Assembly: GCA_036172245.1 (NCBI GenBank)
Contig: JAYWIR010000013.1
Span: 496,001 to 560,000, forward strand
Source of the DNA: Raillietiella orientalis
Taxonomy: Eukaryota
Direction of reading: 5' to 3'
Length of the DNA: 64,000 nucleotides
A model generated the notes under the pieces. The model was not told where the DNA came from. It did not search any database and saw only the letters and a list, made by a program, of their open reading frames with translations. The position numbers and the translations under genes are program-made. How positions within the stretch are numbered: the stretch's first letter is position 1; each line of letters starts with the position of its first letter. Shown here one piece after another: positions 26,423-38,750 of this stretch.

Positions 26423-27956
26423 ATGTTAATTACGTTGGACGGTGGATTCACTACAACCTTATCAGCCCTGGGTTATCCTGTGGTGAAAAAAGAATTATGG
26501 GGTGCAGAGCATTTGATTCTGAATCCAGAAGCAATTATTCGTGTCCATGAGGCCTTTCTCGCGTCAGGAGCTGACATCATTAAAACTTGTACATACCAAG
26601 CTCATCCTCAAACAATAAAGGAATGTTTTGATCTGACAGTAAATGAATCTGAAGAAGTTGTCGCTAAAGCGGTCAATTTAGCCAGGCAGGCAGTTGAAAA
26701 CATCGCCAAAGCACCCAAGGAAAAAGGTAATGTAACCACATTTGTTAATTTAGCAAATTGTTTTCATTTTAAATTAACAAATGTACTGATCAGTTTTTAA
26801 ATTAGATTGTGTTAACTCATACCAATTGGTTCTTAAAACGAAAAATATTTTAGTTTTTCAAATAGCTGGTTCAGTTGGTCCATATGGCGCAGCACTTATG
26901 GATATGTCAGAATATACAGGGGATTATATATCAACTGTTGACTTAAACTTCTTAAAAGATTGGCACGTGCAACGACTGGCGAGTCTAGTTAGAGCTCAAG
27001 TTGATTACATAGCTTTTGAAACTATTCCATCACTGGAAGAAGGTTTATTGCTCATAGATCTTCTAAAGCAATTCACATCACAGAAAGCCTGGATAAGCTT
27101 TGCTTGTAAAGTATGTTGATGAAAACTTGAAATTATACGTATGATGATAAAATCTGAATCCATAGTATTAAAATTGGTCTTGCAGAAAATGTTTATTCCT
27201 GAACTTCTCCATGTTTAAAAACTGCCTACCAATTGTTAGTTAAAATCAAATTTCAAAAAAAAAAAGTACCAGTCCTTAGTTTACAAGCTTTATTTTTAAC
27301 ACTATAGCATTATAGCTTCACAAAATCTACAACTATTAATTTTTTTTATGGTTTATTAAATTAAAATGAAATTCAAGAATTTTCTGAAAGCATGGTTCAG
27401 AACATAAATGGTATATATATATATATATTTTGAACCATGAATATATATATATATGTATTCATGGTTCAAAATATAAATGCTGATGACTGATTGATTAAAA
27501 GCTTATTTTTATTATATTTTACTGCTTTGTTTCTAGAATGGAAAGCAGCTTTGTCATGGTGAATACTTTTGTGATGCTGTGAAAGCATGTATCAAGAAAG
27601 ATTCAAATAAACAACTGATAGCAATTGGTATTAACTGCACTAATACCTTGCATGTTACACCTTTGCTAGAAACAGCACAAGAGTTCTGTAAAGAAAAAGA
27701 TTTCATTGTTTATCCCAACTGTTATGAAGAAAATCAGAATAGGTAATTGTTGTATAACCTATCAGAGTACTAAACTAATGTTTTTCACTATGCAAGAGAT
27801 GGATGTATTTCAGACATAGTACAAAATATCCCCAATTGGCATAAACTTGGTGCAAAATACATAGGTGGCTGTTGTATGGTTTTTCCACAAGATATAAAAA
27901 TAATCAGAGAGAAGATAGACTCCATAAATGCTTGTCCAGCATCCAAACAACCTTAA
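26423..27956 (+). CDS. Homocysteine S-methyltransferase (MmuM/HMT family), 4 exons, 308 aa
   Basis: Exons 26423-26726, 26854-27110, 27537-27742, 27797-27956, all GT-AG introns, 927 nt in total. Motifs: LDGGF, HEAFLASGADIIKTCTYQA, IAGSVGPYGA, SEYTGDY, IAFETIPS, AWISFACK, Zn-ligand GINC, YPN and IGGCC. Confidence 0.95.
27391..27479. repeat. Perfect 20-bp inverted repeat around a (TA)n loop, plus a third direct copy, in HMT intron 2
   Basis: tatattttgaaccatgaata (27424-27443) is the reverse complement of tattcatggttcaaaatata (27456-27475). catggttcagaacataaatg (27391-27410) resembles catggttcaaaatataaatg (27460-27479). Confidence 0.9.
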
Positions 27957-28007
27957 AATACAGACTAAGATGTCGTTTGCAGTTTTTTAAGGTCATTCTC
28001 ACGTGTC

Positions 28008-31000
28008 TCAATTTTCATTCAATTTATCTGTCTTTAAATGCATCTGCAACATCATTTGCATGTGCATTCGTTCTTTCTGCTCTTCTTGTAACTGCTTGGA
28101 GAGTTGTTTGATGTGTCTCTCCATAATATTTACTTGATCAAGCAATCCATGAACAACACCTTCAAGATTTCTGTATTGCAGAACAAAAATCAGTAATTCC
28201 AAATCAAATGAGAAAGAACTCACCGATGGGATGCTTCACTCCTATCTTTTTCTTTATAAATGGCTTTCTGTCCAATTTGTAAAGATTTTCTTTCCTCTAC
28301 AATAAGAATAAGCAGTTACATATATCTAGAGAAGCACATGCAGAAAAAATCTACAGTAAGCTCACCCACTCACCTCTACAAACAAATGATAGTAGGACAA
28401 AGCAAACAATGAATGTAAAAAGGATCTTAAGTTAGCATACCTGTCAAGCAATTACTATTTTGTTTATAACCACTGCAATACGCCTCAATTACCCTCAACA
28501 CAGTTATTTCATCTTGATTGATGGTTTCTTCTAAAAGAATTCTCATGATAAGATGAGTTAATGAGCCTTGCCTTTTCGACAGCTAAGAGTGTTACGATCT
28601 TTCTCATCTTCTAGATATGGATGAAAAGGTGCACAAGGCTGTAAACAAGACATTCTCCATACTTTATTTGCCAAAGATGTGTTTGTGCTAAAGACCGGCT
28701 TCACTACCTCTTCACTGTGCTTTGTAACATGCATAGCAAGCTAAAATAATTAAGAAATCAATATACAGGGAATGAGTAATAATGGGGGAATAATAATAAA
28801 AAAACTGTACCATGCTTTGTAGCACAACATTTAAAAAAAAATAAAAATACGCGGTCATTTATTTAGATTCTTACAGTGTACTGTTCTTTTTCCTTCTGAG
28901 ACTACCACATAGCACCATATGTTTAAATGTATCATCAATTACATTTAATATTTTAAATATTCCATTTTTCATCCCAAACATCAAGTTATGGGAATGAAGT
29001 ATGTTCTCAAATTCAAAAATGAAATCACTGAAACATGATTCACACATAATGACATGATTTCATTATTTTATGAAAGATGTTATGCATGCAAAAAATCCGA
29101 TTTTTGAATAAGACCTCAAGTTACAAAAATGCGGCAACATTATGAATCTATTTAATAAAAAGTACTTTAATTGGCGAAAATACCAATTAACACTCCTTCA
29201 AATGTGACATTTATCCTTTGGTTTTTTTATAGTAAACAAAAAAAACATGGTGTTTCATTATCAATAAAAGAAGGATACAAATAAACTGAAAGACTCCAAA
29301 CGGAGTTACAATTTTGAAATTACTATCTGTTAGGCAAACAAAAGACTGATTTTCCTATGCACCACTTTTAAAGTGGTAGATCATGACTGCTGACTGACAA
29401 CATTTTGTTTAGTCAACAGGAAATGATCCTTAGAAGAATGTTTTTGAATTTCAGCTCATAAGTAATAAGTGAATAATTATATGAATAATTACATTAAAAA
29501 GTAATGCAATCAAAGTATGAAATGCACCTTTGGTGCTTTGTAACTGTTTGATGTTGAACATAACTGTGATAAGCCACAGACATCCATCATGGAATGACAT
29601 AGCGTGAGCCAGCTATCAACTTCTTGCTGTGTTTCACAAGTAATTCTAAACTTGCTGCCATGCAATTCTTCATGTAAAATAAAAATGCACAAAACAAAAT
29701 GAGAATTGATAACGAAAAAGATTAGTGACTTGAAAATATTAGAAAAATTAATTTAGCTAAAATGCATGGTAATCAACACTTGAAAAATATTAGAAAAATT
29801 AATTTAGCTAAAATGCATGGTAATAAACACTTGAAAAATATGCTTTAGTTATATTTTATTTAAAAAAATATATAATTATATTTTACAGTCCATTTGAACT
29901 GACATTTGGATATTGATAAGGAAATATCAATCTCATGCTACTGCATGATTTTTACCTGTAATGCCAATGCATTTATCTCCTAAATCTTCTATAACAACAT
30001 TAATAAGTGAAATCTTTTGCTAGAAAAAAAACAAAAAAAAACATGATTAGTATCCTGATGATTCTTAACAAAGCATTCCACACATTATTTGAAACGTTAG
30101 TTTAAAGCATAAAATAGTCCCTTGACCCTCGGAAATGTAATGTACATTAGTATCAATCTTTATCTCAGACATCCTATAGTCAGCCATATGGATTTATAAA
30201 CTTAAATATGCAATACTGATATACACTTTCGTAACAAGCATCTCAGGATAAACATGTATTTGTGAAGATCAAACCAAAAATTATCATAAGAATAATATAT
30301 ATGTAATTGTGCTATCAATTCAACACATTAAAGTTAAAATGTTTACCTCAATCACATAGTCTTCTTTAGTTGCTGCAAAACTCAGAAAAAATATATCTGA
30401 AGCTACAAGTATCATGTATTTCGTTTCTATTTCGCCATTTATCTTCACAAACCCATAATCTAAAACGTTTTCAAAACAAATATTTTGTTCTGTACTTGAG
30501 GTTCTATTAGAATTCATGAAAACTTCCAGTTCCCATTCCCTCATTTTGCGTACTGAAAGACATTCTTCCTAAAATATCAAAAAACATTGCAAGCAAAATG
30601 AAGCAACAAATTTTACATCACAAATTAGACTACAATTGTGTAATTATTTGTCTAATACTAATACTAAATTAAAATTACCATCGATGCGTTTAGAGTAAAT
30701 TCTGATTAATGCAATGAACAGTAAAGAAATGCAAACAATTTAAGCAATATAACATTCGGAACTCTAAAAATCTTATCAGAAAAAGAAACAAAATTAAGTG
30801 ATGCCGCAGCACTACTGACTTACCCTTTACGACATTAACGATGTATTATAATGAATATGAATGGAAATCTAAGATTACAAAATTATAAATATTCTAACAC
30901 TAAGCTATTCAAACACTATCTTCTGAAATTTAATTGTAACATAATTTTTATTTCTGATTTAAGAATTAAATTAATAATCTCCTTTCATTCTTAGGATTCA

Positions 31001-34000
31001 TAATGATTTTCCACTAAATTTTCATATATCATTTCAATATTTCTGTATACTGCAATTAGTTAATAAATATTCATGAGAAATTCAAAATACTGGGCAATAA
31101 TGTATGCTGTTAGATGTCTTAATTTCAAATGACCATGATGAAGTACTTTATCTCAAGGATTTCTTCCTTTCGCATCGCAATTTTTCATTCCAATAATAAA
31201 AATTGATTTTGATGCATAAGTATGCTTTTGGATGAATAAAGACAAAATATATTGTACCCAATCATATCTTTCAAAAACTTTAGTATCTGTATTATAGTGA
31301 GATTCACAAAACTTTCACTAGGAATGGTACACCAACTCTATTGTCTTTTTATAACCCTACATTTTTGTTTCGTCATAATTCCTTAAAAGTAAAAAAAAAA
31401 TGCTGATTCAGTGACCAAATTAATAACAAAAGTTTCAATGAAAACAGCTTTTATTTTACGTTGATGTTCTGCATTAGGATGAAAGAAATTTTTACACCTT
31501 AAAAATAAACTTACAAGATTCAAGAGCTCACTTCATGCATTCATCTAATTAAGAATTTACTGGAAAAACTGACTTATTAATATTGCTTTGAAATGCTAGC
31601 AATAAAACAGATGTCCTACACTGAGTTTTATCAAGATCGATTTTTAACTCACACTGGTAATCAAGTACAAAATTCTCTTTCTACCCACAATCAAGAAAAT
31701 TATTACAATTGTTCAACTGTTTTCATAAATCTATTGCTTCATCTTTCATGTACTCCAGTGCATCCCATCTTTTCCTTCTACTTCATCATGCACAGCTTAT
31801 ATTGTTATTCTCAACAAACTATTTTTCAAAAAACACACATTCATAGAAAAATACTTCTTGTTTTCAAATGAACATCCTATCAAGACTCTGCCAAATAAAC
31901 ACACAAGAATCGGACTATATACTTTACGAGAAATAAAGACAAAAATATATCGAGCCATAAAATGAGTACAACAAAATATAAAAAATTAAAATGAAAAGCG
32001 AATTGCTTTTGCAAAGTAGATCCTATACTTTACAAAAGAGTTTTCAAACCAGATTTACAAAATAGGCTAGGTACACCAGAGATATTAGCATTCAATGCTA
32101 AAGAATGGGCTGGAGCATTCGGCTTGATTCGGAAAATTTGCAAAAGCTCCTGTTGATAACTTTCTAGGTTAATTGCATACTTTGCTGCATCAACAGTGAT
32201 TGTTTAAAACGTACATCCAATAAGTGTTTACCCCTCATGAAAAACTGAGAAGTTTTTTATATTTAAGAAAACAATATCGTCTGTACATCCACCAAAAGCG
32301 AAATTTCTAACTGATTTTTTTTGATACTTAAGTCCATCGTCACAGTCTGCTTTCAAATCCATTGCATCTCATAAATTTAACTAATATACTTTAAATCATT
32401 TTGCACTACTCTGCTGCTCTATTATCTACTATTTCTACAACACTCCTTGAGCAAAAAAACGTACCCTATAAAATTACAGAGACACAAAAATCTCAATAGG
32501 ATATGGAGTGCACTAATGTTCATGAGCAGCCATACTGAACAAGGGCTACCAGTACTCAGAAAATAACTAAAAATTTCAAAAAACTCCATCAAACAACATT
32601 AAAGCAAGGATTACAGAAAACCTTAAATCTTTGTAATTGTGTGAAGTGCTGGAATGACACAAAAAAAGCAACTGTATTATGATTTCCAATTATTAGAAAC
32701 AGCTAACTACAAATAACGAAAATTTCTTCATGCAACTAAGCATTTGAGTTTTTACAGGGAATAAAATAGAAGTAACAAATCCTACAAGGTTTAAAAAAAT
32801 TTGCTTTGAAAACATGGAATTTTCTCAAATTTCAAATTATAATTGCTGTTACAGAAAACTAAGTGCTTGAGTTCTGGCCCCTATAAATAAATTTTTGAAT
32901 ATTTGTTACCAACATTTCCTTGTATACAGAGATGGATCGTTGGATATCACCTCTATCTTTATGATTTTCGTCAGTATAAAATACTAATTCTTGGAGATAA
33001 CGAATGCAAGTTTCTAATCTTCTGAAAGGCTGAGATAAGCTAAATGACAATAAAAGAAAGTAGGTTTTGATATCCACTGAATTATCCAAAATTCTGAGTA
33101 GTGCATTTCTGAAAATGAAATAATTGATCAATACTGAATTTTTTTCTGCAGTCAATTATATTGCATACCTATACTTGGATAACATGTACATGGCTCTGGG
33201 ATGATTTTTACAGTATGAAATTAAAACAGCTTTAAACTGAGGCACAAATGACAGAAATAGATTTCCAATCTTTTGTAACTGTTGCAATACATCATTTTCT
33301 GATTCCAAAGCTGCAGCAAAAGCCTTTTCAACTGCTAAGATATTTGTAAAATATCCTCGAAAACGCATTAATTGCGGTTTCATGGTGCTACAAATATGGA
33401 TGCTTATTGGTTGGTCACTTAAGAGAAATGTTATACAAATTTTGCATTCTTTGTGTTCCATAAACCTTCCTTAAATCTTTCTCACAAACGAAAACAAGGG
33501 AATAAAGACGTACAAAACAAACTGATCTAATAGATTCATTCAATAAACATTTAAAATGATATCATGAAAAGTTTTACGGACTTTTGATCATAAACCAAAT
33601 TTAAAATTTTAAAAACGTACATCAGTAACACTTCTTGAATCCGTAATTTCTGTTGCTTACCAAAACTTTTAACAATTCGTTGAATTTAAAATATTTGACT
33701 AATTTGTATGTTTAGAAGTTCAATATCATGCAGAAATTAAATATATATCCCACTCAAATCAAAATATCAAATTTTGTGGAGCATACTATGAAAGAAATCA
33801 AAAACTGATGACATGCTAACAAAGATGCAAAATGTGCACATCACTGCTATCCATATGTTAATATAATGGTAAAAAAATCATGCAAAAACTGCACTCTTTT
33901 GAGTGAATATTTAAGAGCATAAACACATTAAGAAACAAAAAAAAAAAAGTACAACGGCAAACTTAAATAGTTACTCAAATATTCAGTCAGATAAATATTT

Positions 34001-37000
34001 AAGTACAAAAATGAAAAAAAAAAAAAAAAAAGATTCATTGAAAAATCGTGTTTTTTATCATTGGTACTTTAATTCTAATGTTTTATGCCTCTCATTTGTA
34101 GAATTTCACTTTATTATTTATATTATCTTTTTCCATCCGAAAAAATATTTCTGAAAACTTTTGAATACGATGCATATATGCATATACATACAATTTATAT
34201 GCACATGAATACAGCAAGCAATGCTTAGGATTCACTCACTACTACTGTCAGGATTACATAATTTAATACTTATTATGGTAAATGATGCTTTGAGAGAACC
34301 ATTCCATATGACAAACCATTTGATGCAATAAAAATCAAGAGACATAACTAGCCAATACTACGGCCACAATCTTCTAAGTATATTATTGATTAAGATTAAT
34401 TATAATTAAGATCTATTATCTAATAAACAGCTACAAGTCTTTCATTAAAGTACCAAAGAAAGAAATCTCTCCCAAAGAAGAGACATTCAATTCACATCAA
34501 GACCTTGAATCAATGTTGGTTAATTTTCACAAAGAAATACTTAATAACTCAAATGGAAACAGCTTTGTGATAACTTACACATCTCATGTCGTTAAAATCA
34601 AAATAATCTGATGAAAGAGTTAATTGCTAAGTACAAAGACAATGAGAAGGCTTCAAATATGATAAAAGATTTCTTGATTATTTATACAAAAATCAGAGAT
34701 GAAATTTAAATGCTAATGAACAAGTAGCAGGATTGGAGACTGTAGTCTATATATTTATGAAGTTATAGTTGTTTACACATTGTGATATTAATCACTATAA
34801 GACTATTAAGTATTTAATCGAGACTTTACAATGGTGGAATGTGCAACACTTAGTGGTATAAATCCCATTATGTGATTGAAAAAATAGTTATGAAGTATTT
34901 ATCAGAAACTAGTGTACATGCTGTGACAACCCATGACATCCACACTAAACTCAACAGAATGCCAAACAGTTACAGCTATAAAGTATAAAGCTTGACAAGC
35001 ATGCATGATATCTGGGTAGTTAGCATGAAATGTCAAGCCTAGAAAGGCACCCAGTAATGGTGATTTTCATGTTTAATTTTCTGAAAACAATGGGCCTCCT
35101 AAACAGCAAAAACTAAGGACGATTTTCATTTGGTAAAAAACAATGTGATAAAAACTGTTACTGAGTAAAGAGGAGACAGAAGTAAATTTAGTACATTTAA
35201 TAAATTTAGTAGTTCTATGCTATTATGAAACTTTCCAATAAGAACAAATGAAAGGTGATTGCTAAGAAATTGCGAAATGATCGTTCTTCACTAATTCACA
35301 AAATTAAATACCAAATATTTTGATAAAACTATTCTCCAGCTAACACCGAATCATAAGAAGGCCATTTTCAATATAAAAAAAATGGTACAGAATTCCTGTT
35401 ATTTTCAAAGAACAGTTTTCATAAGAATTTTTGGAAACCTCATATATATGCATTAGCGTTGCTATCTTTATTTGCACTGGCTTCTGATTTTTGCTGCTTA
35501 CAATGCAACACTGCAAGAATATTACAACTTTTTAGTTGTACAAATAAATGAGATTTCCATAGATAAATTATATGAAATGAGAGGAGAAATGCGTGCATCA
35601 TGATAAAACAAGACTAATGTTTGATCCATTATCATTTAAACACTTCCACACTGAAAGCATTAACAAGCTGCTCTAAAAAAAAAAAAAAAAAATTGATCTG
35701 CTTACATGCTGGACTGCTCAATAGCATTAAATAGATTATTATCTAATTCAGTTAAATCATTAATGTAAACTTTATATGAATTCTGAAATTGTTCAAAAAG
35801 CTGTTTCCTATAAACATCATGTTGACAATGTTCTGTTATGCTGATGTCTAGAAAAGCATTATCTATTTCATTGATACAGAAAACACAAATAACGTACCTT
35901 TCTCATTATATTCTAATACATAATTAGATGGAAACCATCCAGTTTTACCAAGCAATGTACCTTCCCACCACCCACCTTCTTCTACTTGAGTAACTGCAAT
36001 GATCTCATCTTTTAAGAAACTCAGCTGAAACAAAGATTATAGAAGCCTTTTTTAATAACCTGAAGAGCAGCTATACTTTGAAACAAATTATGAAAACTCG
36101 GCAATTATGCATCCTTTTCATACAAACATGTAAACTAAGTTTGATTACACAGGAGTACCTGCCAATTTTGGTTACCAAAACATTTTATAATTTGCAAAAA
36201 TCAAACATTGCAATTACAGCATACAATTTTAAGTTTTGCAAGGTTCTTTTCGATTGGAGATTTTTCGTATTGAGATACTATGCAGCAGTTGGAAAATTTT
36301 TAGGCACTTATCTCAAATATGTAGTATTAAAATTACTAGTAAAAAAAATATCTATACATTGATAAAATAACTCATCAAGACATATCAATGTATCAACAAA
36401 CAAAAACATTGAGAATAAAGTAGTACATTCTTAATTTGAATTTCAGCACTTTTCTCAACAACAATACTCAAAACACTTTACGGAATGAAATACTAAAATG
36501 CTGCAAATCTACATGATAAGATCAAAGAAGTTTTTACTGTCTCATGGAATTCGATTTGTAACAAATTTGATCTGTAATAGCATCATTAAAACAAAAACAA
36601 ATGGCCAAGTTAATGATATTCAAAAGATTAAATACCCAAAAAATTCAAATTTTGAAAAAATTTTTTTGGAAATCTAAATCCAACAAATATGGATTCCATA
36701 ATTTTAGGCCCAGCATACTTATTTAGTATGACAATACCACTTAAACCAAACACGGATGAATAGACATTTTTGGGCAATTAATTAACTGAGACTGTGCAAT
36801 TAATCAAGCTAAACTTGTACAAACAGAAATCAGAGATGCCTTTAACTAATAATTTGGCAAGTACACAACAAAGTGGTAGTCAAAAGCCAGCTGATGAACT
36901 TCATAAATGGTTAATATGAAGTATTTATTAAATGAGATTTGTGTAAATAAATTAAAACATGCAACTTTCGGGCAATTGTTATTTCAGTACACTTTAGCTA

Positions 37001-37593
37001 TAATATTTATTGCTAATTCATTTTGTACAATCACCAAAATTGCAAGGAGCAAAATTATCGGTCAGTAAGCAAACTTTTATGTCTATAATTACAAGACCTT
37101 ACTTCATTTAAAACAATTTTGGGTAAAATAAAAACTATTTCAAACCCACAGCATTTAAATTAGACATACTGAACATCAAGAAGCATCGGCAATACCTGCC
37201 ATTTTTTTTCAAAATATGATTCTCATTTTTAAAACAACAAAGTTATGTACACTTTGTAGCCAAACACTTTGGTCAGACAGCAGTTTTGTTTGCTGCATAC
37301 CTATTACTTACATGCTGTTTACGTTCAAAATTCGAGACAGTAGTTTTTACAAATGAAATAATTGACTGTAAAGTTAAACTGAATAACCTTACAACTTAAG
37401 ACGCGAAAAGGCATTCAGAACCATACTCTGACAATCTTAGTTTGAGTCAATTGTGTACGCCCACCAAGAACATAATTTACGAAGGCATGAGTATTCTCAC
37501 ATGTATCAAAAGTTGAATTCATACCTCATCATTGTTCCTTCCTTTAAAATTGAATTTAGCTTTCACATATTTTTTCTCCAACGAACCATGCAT
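28008..37593 (-). CDS. ARHGEF7: PIX-family Rho guanine nucleotide exchange factor (SH3-DH-PH-GBD-coiled coil), 12 exons, 558 aa, divergent
   Basis: Exons in transcript order: 37593-37525, 36024-35898, 35847-35706, 33387-33169, 33108-32910, 30568-30347, 30019-29956, 29667-29528, 28740-28572, 28530-28441, 28296-28224, 28170-28008 (1677 nt, frame intact). SH3: [75 protein letters not shown]-binding-like [10 protein letters not shown]-terminal PIX coiled coil: [20 protein letters not shown]. Confidence 0.92.
29728..29841. repeat. Tandem duplication, unit of about 51 bp, about 2.2 copies, in a PIX intron
   Basis: acttgaaaa(a)tattagaaaaattaatttagctaaaatgcatggtaat(c/a)aac occurs twice, followed by a partial third copy acttgaaaaatat. 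Confidence 0.9.
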
Positions 37594-38220
37594 CTAGAAG
37601 TTTTGGATCCTGACTTCCCGATTCACATCATAACATGCACATTCGCTTAAGAACCTGAGCAAAGTTTTCCAAATTTGCCTTTTATTGCACCCAACAGTAT
37701 CCCAAAAGAGCCGCCGTATACAGGGATTTGCAAATTGCAAAAGTATGTGTGCGCATAAGATACAGGAAAGAAAAACTTTGTTCCTCTTTGGTCCTTGTGG
37801 TTAGGGCATAGATTGACACAAAAATGTCTACCTGTTAATATACAGAGATATTCTTTTAAAGGGGGATACCCGTACGGAACGTTCTTATGCTTTTCGACAG
37901 TTGAAACACAAACTGACATTCATGCCACGGATAGCAGCAACAGCAATCGAGTGTAAGCTAAAAAAAAAATACTTCAAGAGGAATGACAACATCAGATGGA
38001 ACGAAACATATGTAAAAAGGTACCCTGTAATTAAATGAAAACTAAAAAGTACGTCAACTTGAGCTTACAAACATGAAAATTGCAAACTTTCCAAACCTAT
38101 CCCTTTCATAGGTCTTCCTAGGCATAACTGTTGCTTCAAAACTTTTATGGCAGACATAAGACAAAGCATAGAAATCAAATTGCTGTTAGCAAAAAGTCGT
38201 CACACAGAAAAGTCACACTA

Positions 38221-38750
38221 CATTAAAGTATACGTGTTTTCGTGTTAGATTGAAAGGTACGGTCCCCGGGAAATTTCATGGCAAAACGAGTGTCAAACGC
38301 GTTTAAGTATTGAACATGCAGCTTAAGACACATGGAAAAGTCACGGCCTGGGCATGCTTATCTTGAAGGGAAACGGACTGGAAATGAACGCAGTGTCCCT
38401 TCCAATACGCAAGTATTCCGTCACGGACAACCGGTTTCCCATCCGTGGACTTTGTGGAAGATTGCCCGGGTCTAACCCCAGGCACACATTTCAGTGAAAG
38501 GCGCTCCATAAGCCACTCTGTCGATGTGACTCATCCCAAAAACACTTTAGTTAGTCATTCATCGTGAAAGCAATGGAGTATGTCACAGTAGATATACAGC
38601 TCTCTCGTACTGTACTCTTGTTATACGTGAGACCGCAGCTAAAAGATCTGAAAACATGACGGAATACGTAAGGATTTCCGTGAGTCTCGGATACATTGCT
38701 ACTACGATTTTGGGAAGTAGTTTTGGTTTGGGGATGCTTGATCCCGTTTC
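38221..38750. promoter_or_regulatory. CpG-retaining region upstream of PIX, candidate promoter; contains a Grainyhead-type palindrome AACCGGTT (38429-38436)
   Basis: I counted 17 CpG in 38221-38520, against 1 CpG in the 300-nt PIX intron sample 34741-35040. The region lies 5' of the first PIX coding exon. Confidence 0.4.

Noticed and set aside
26423..27956. HMT as a recent bacterial horizontal transfer, or the AT-rich block as a bacterial contaminant
   Set aside because: The gene has three spliceosomal introns and its neighbours are metazoan-type genes. HMT family members are normal in arthropods.
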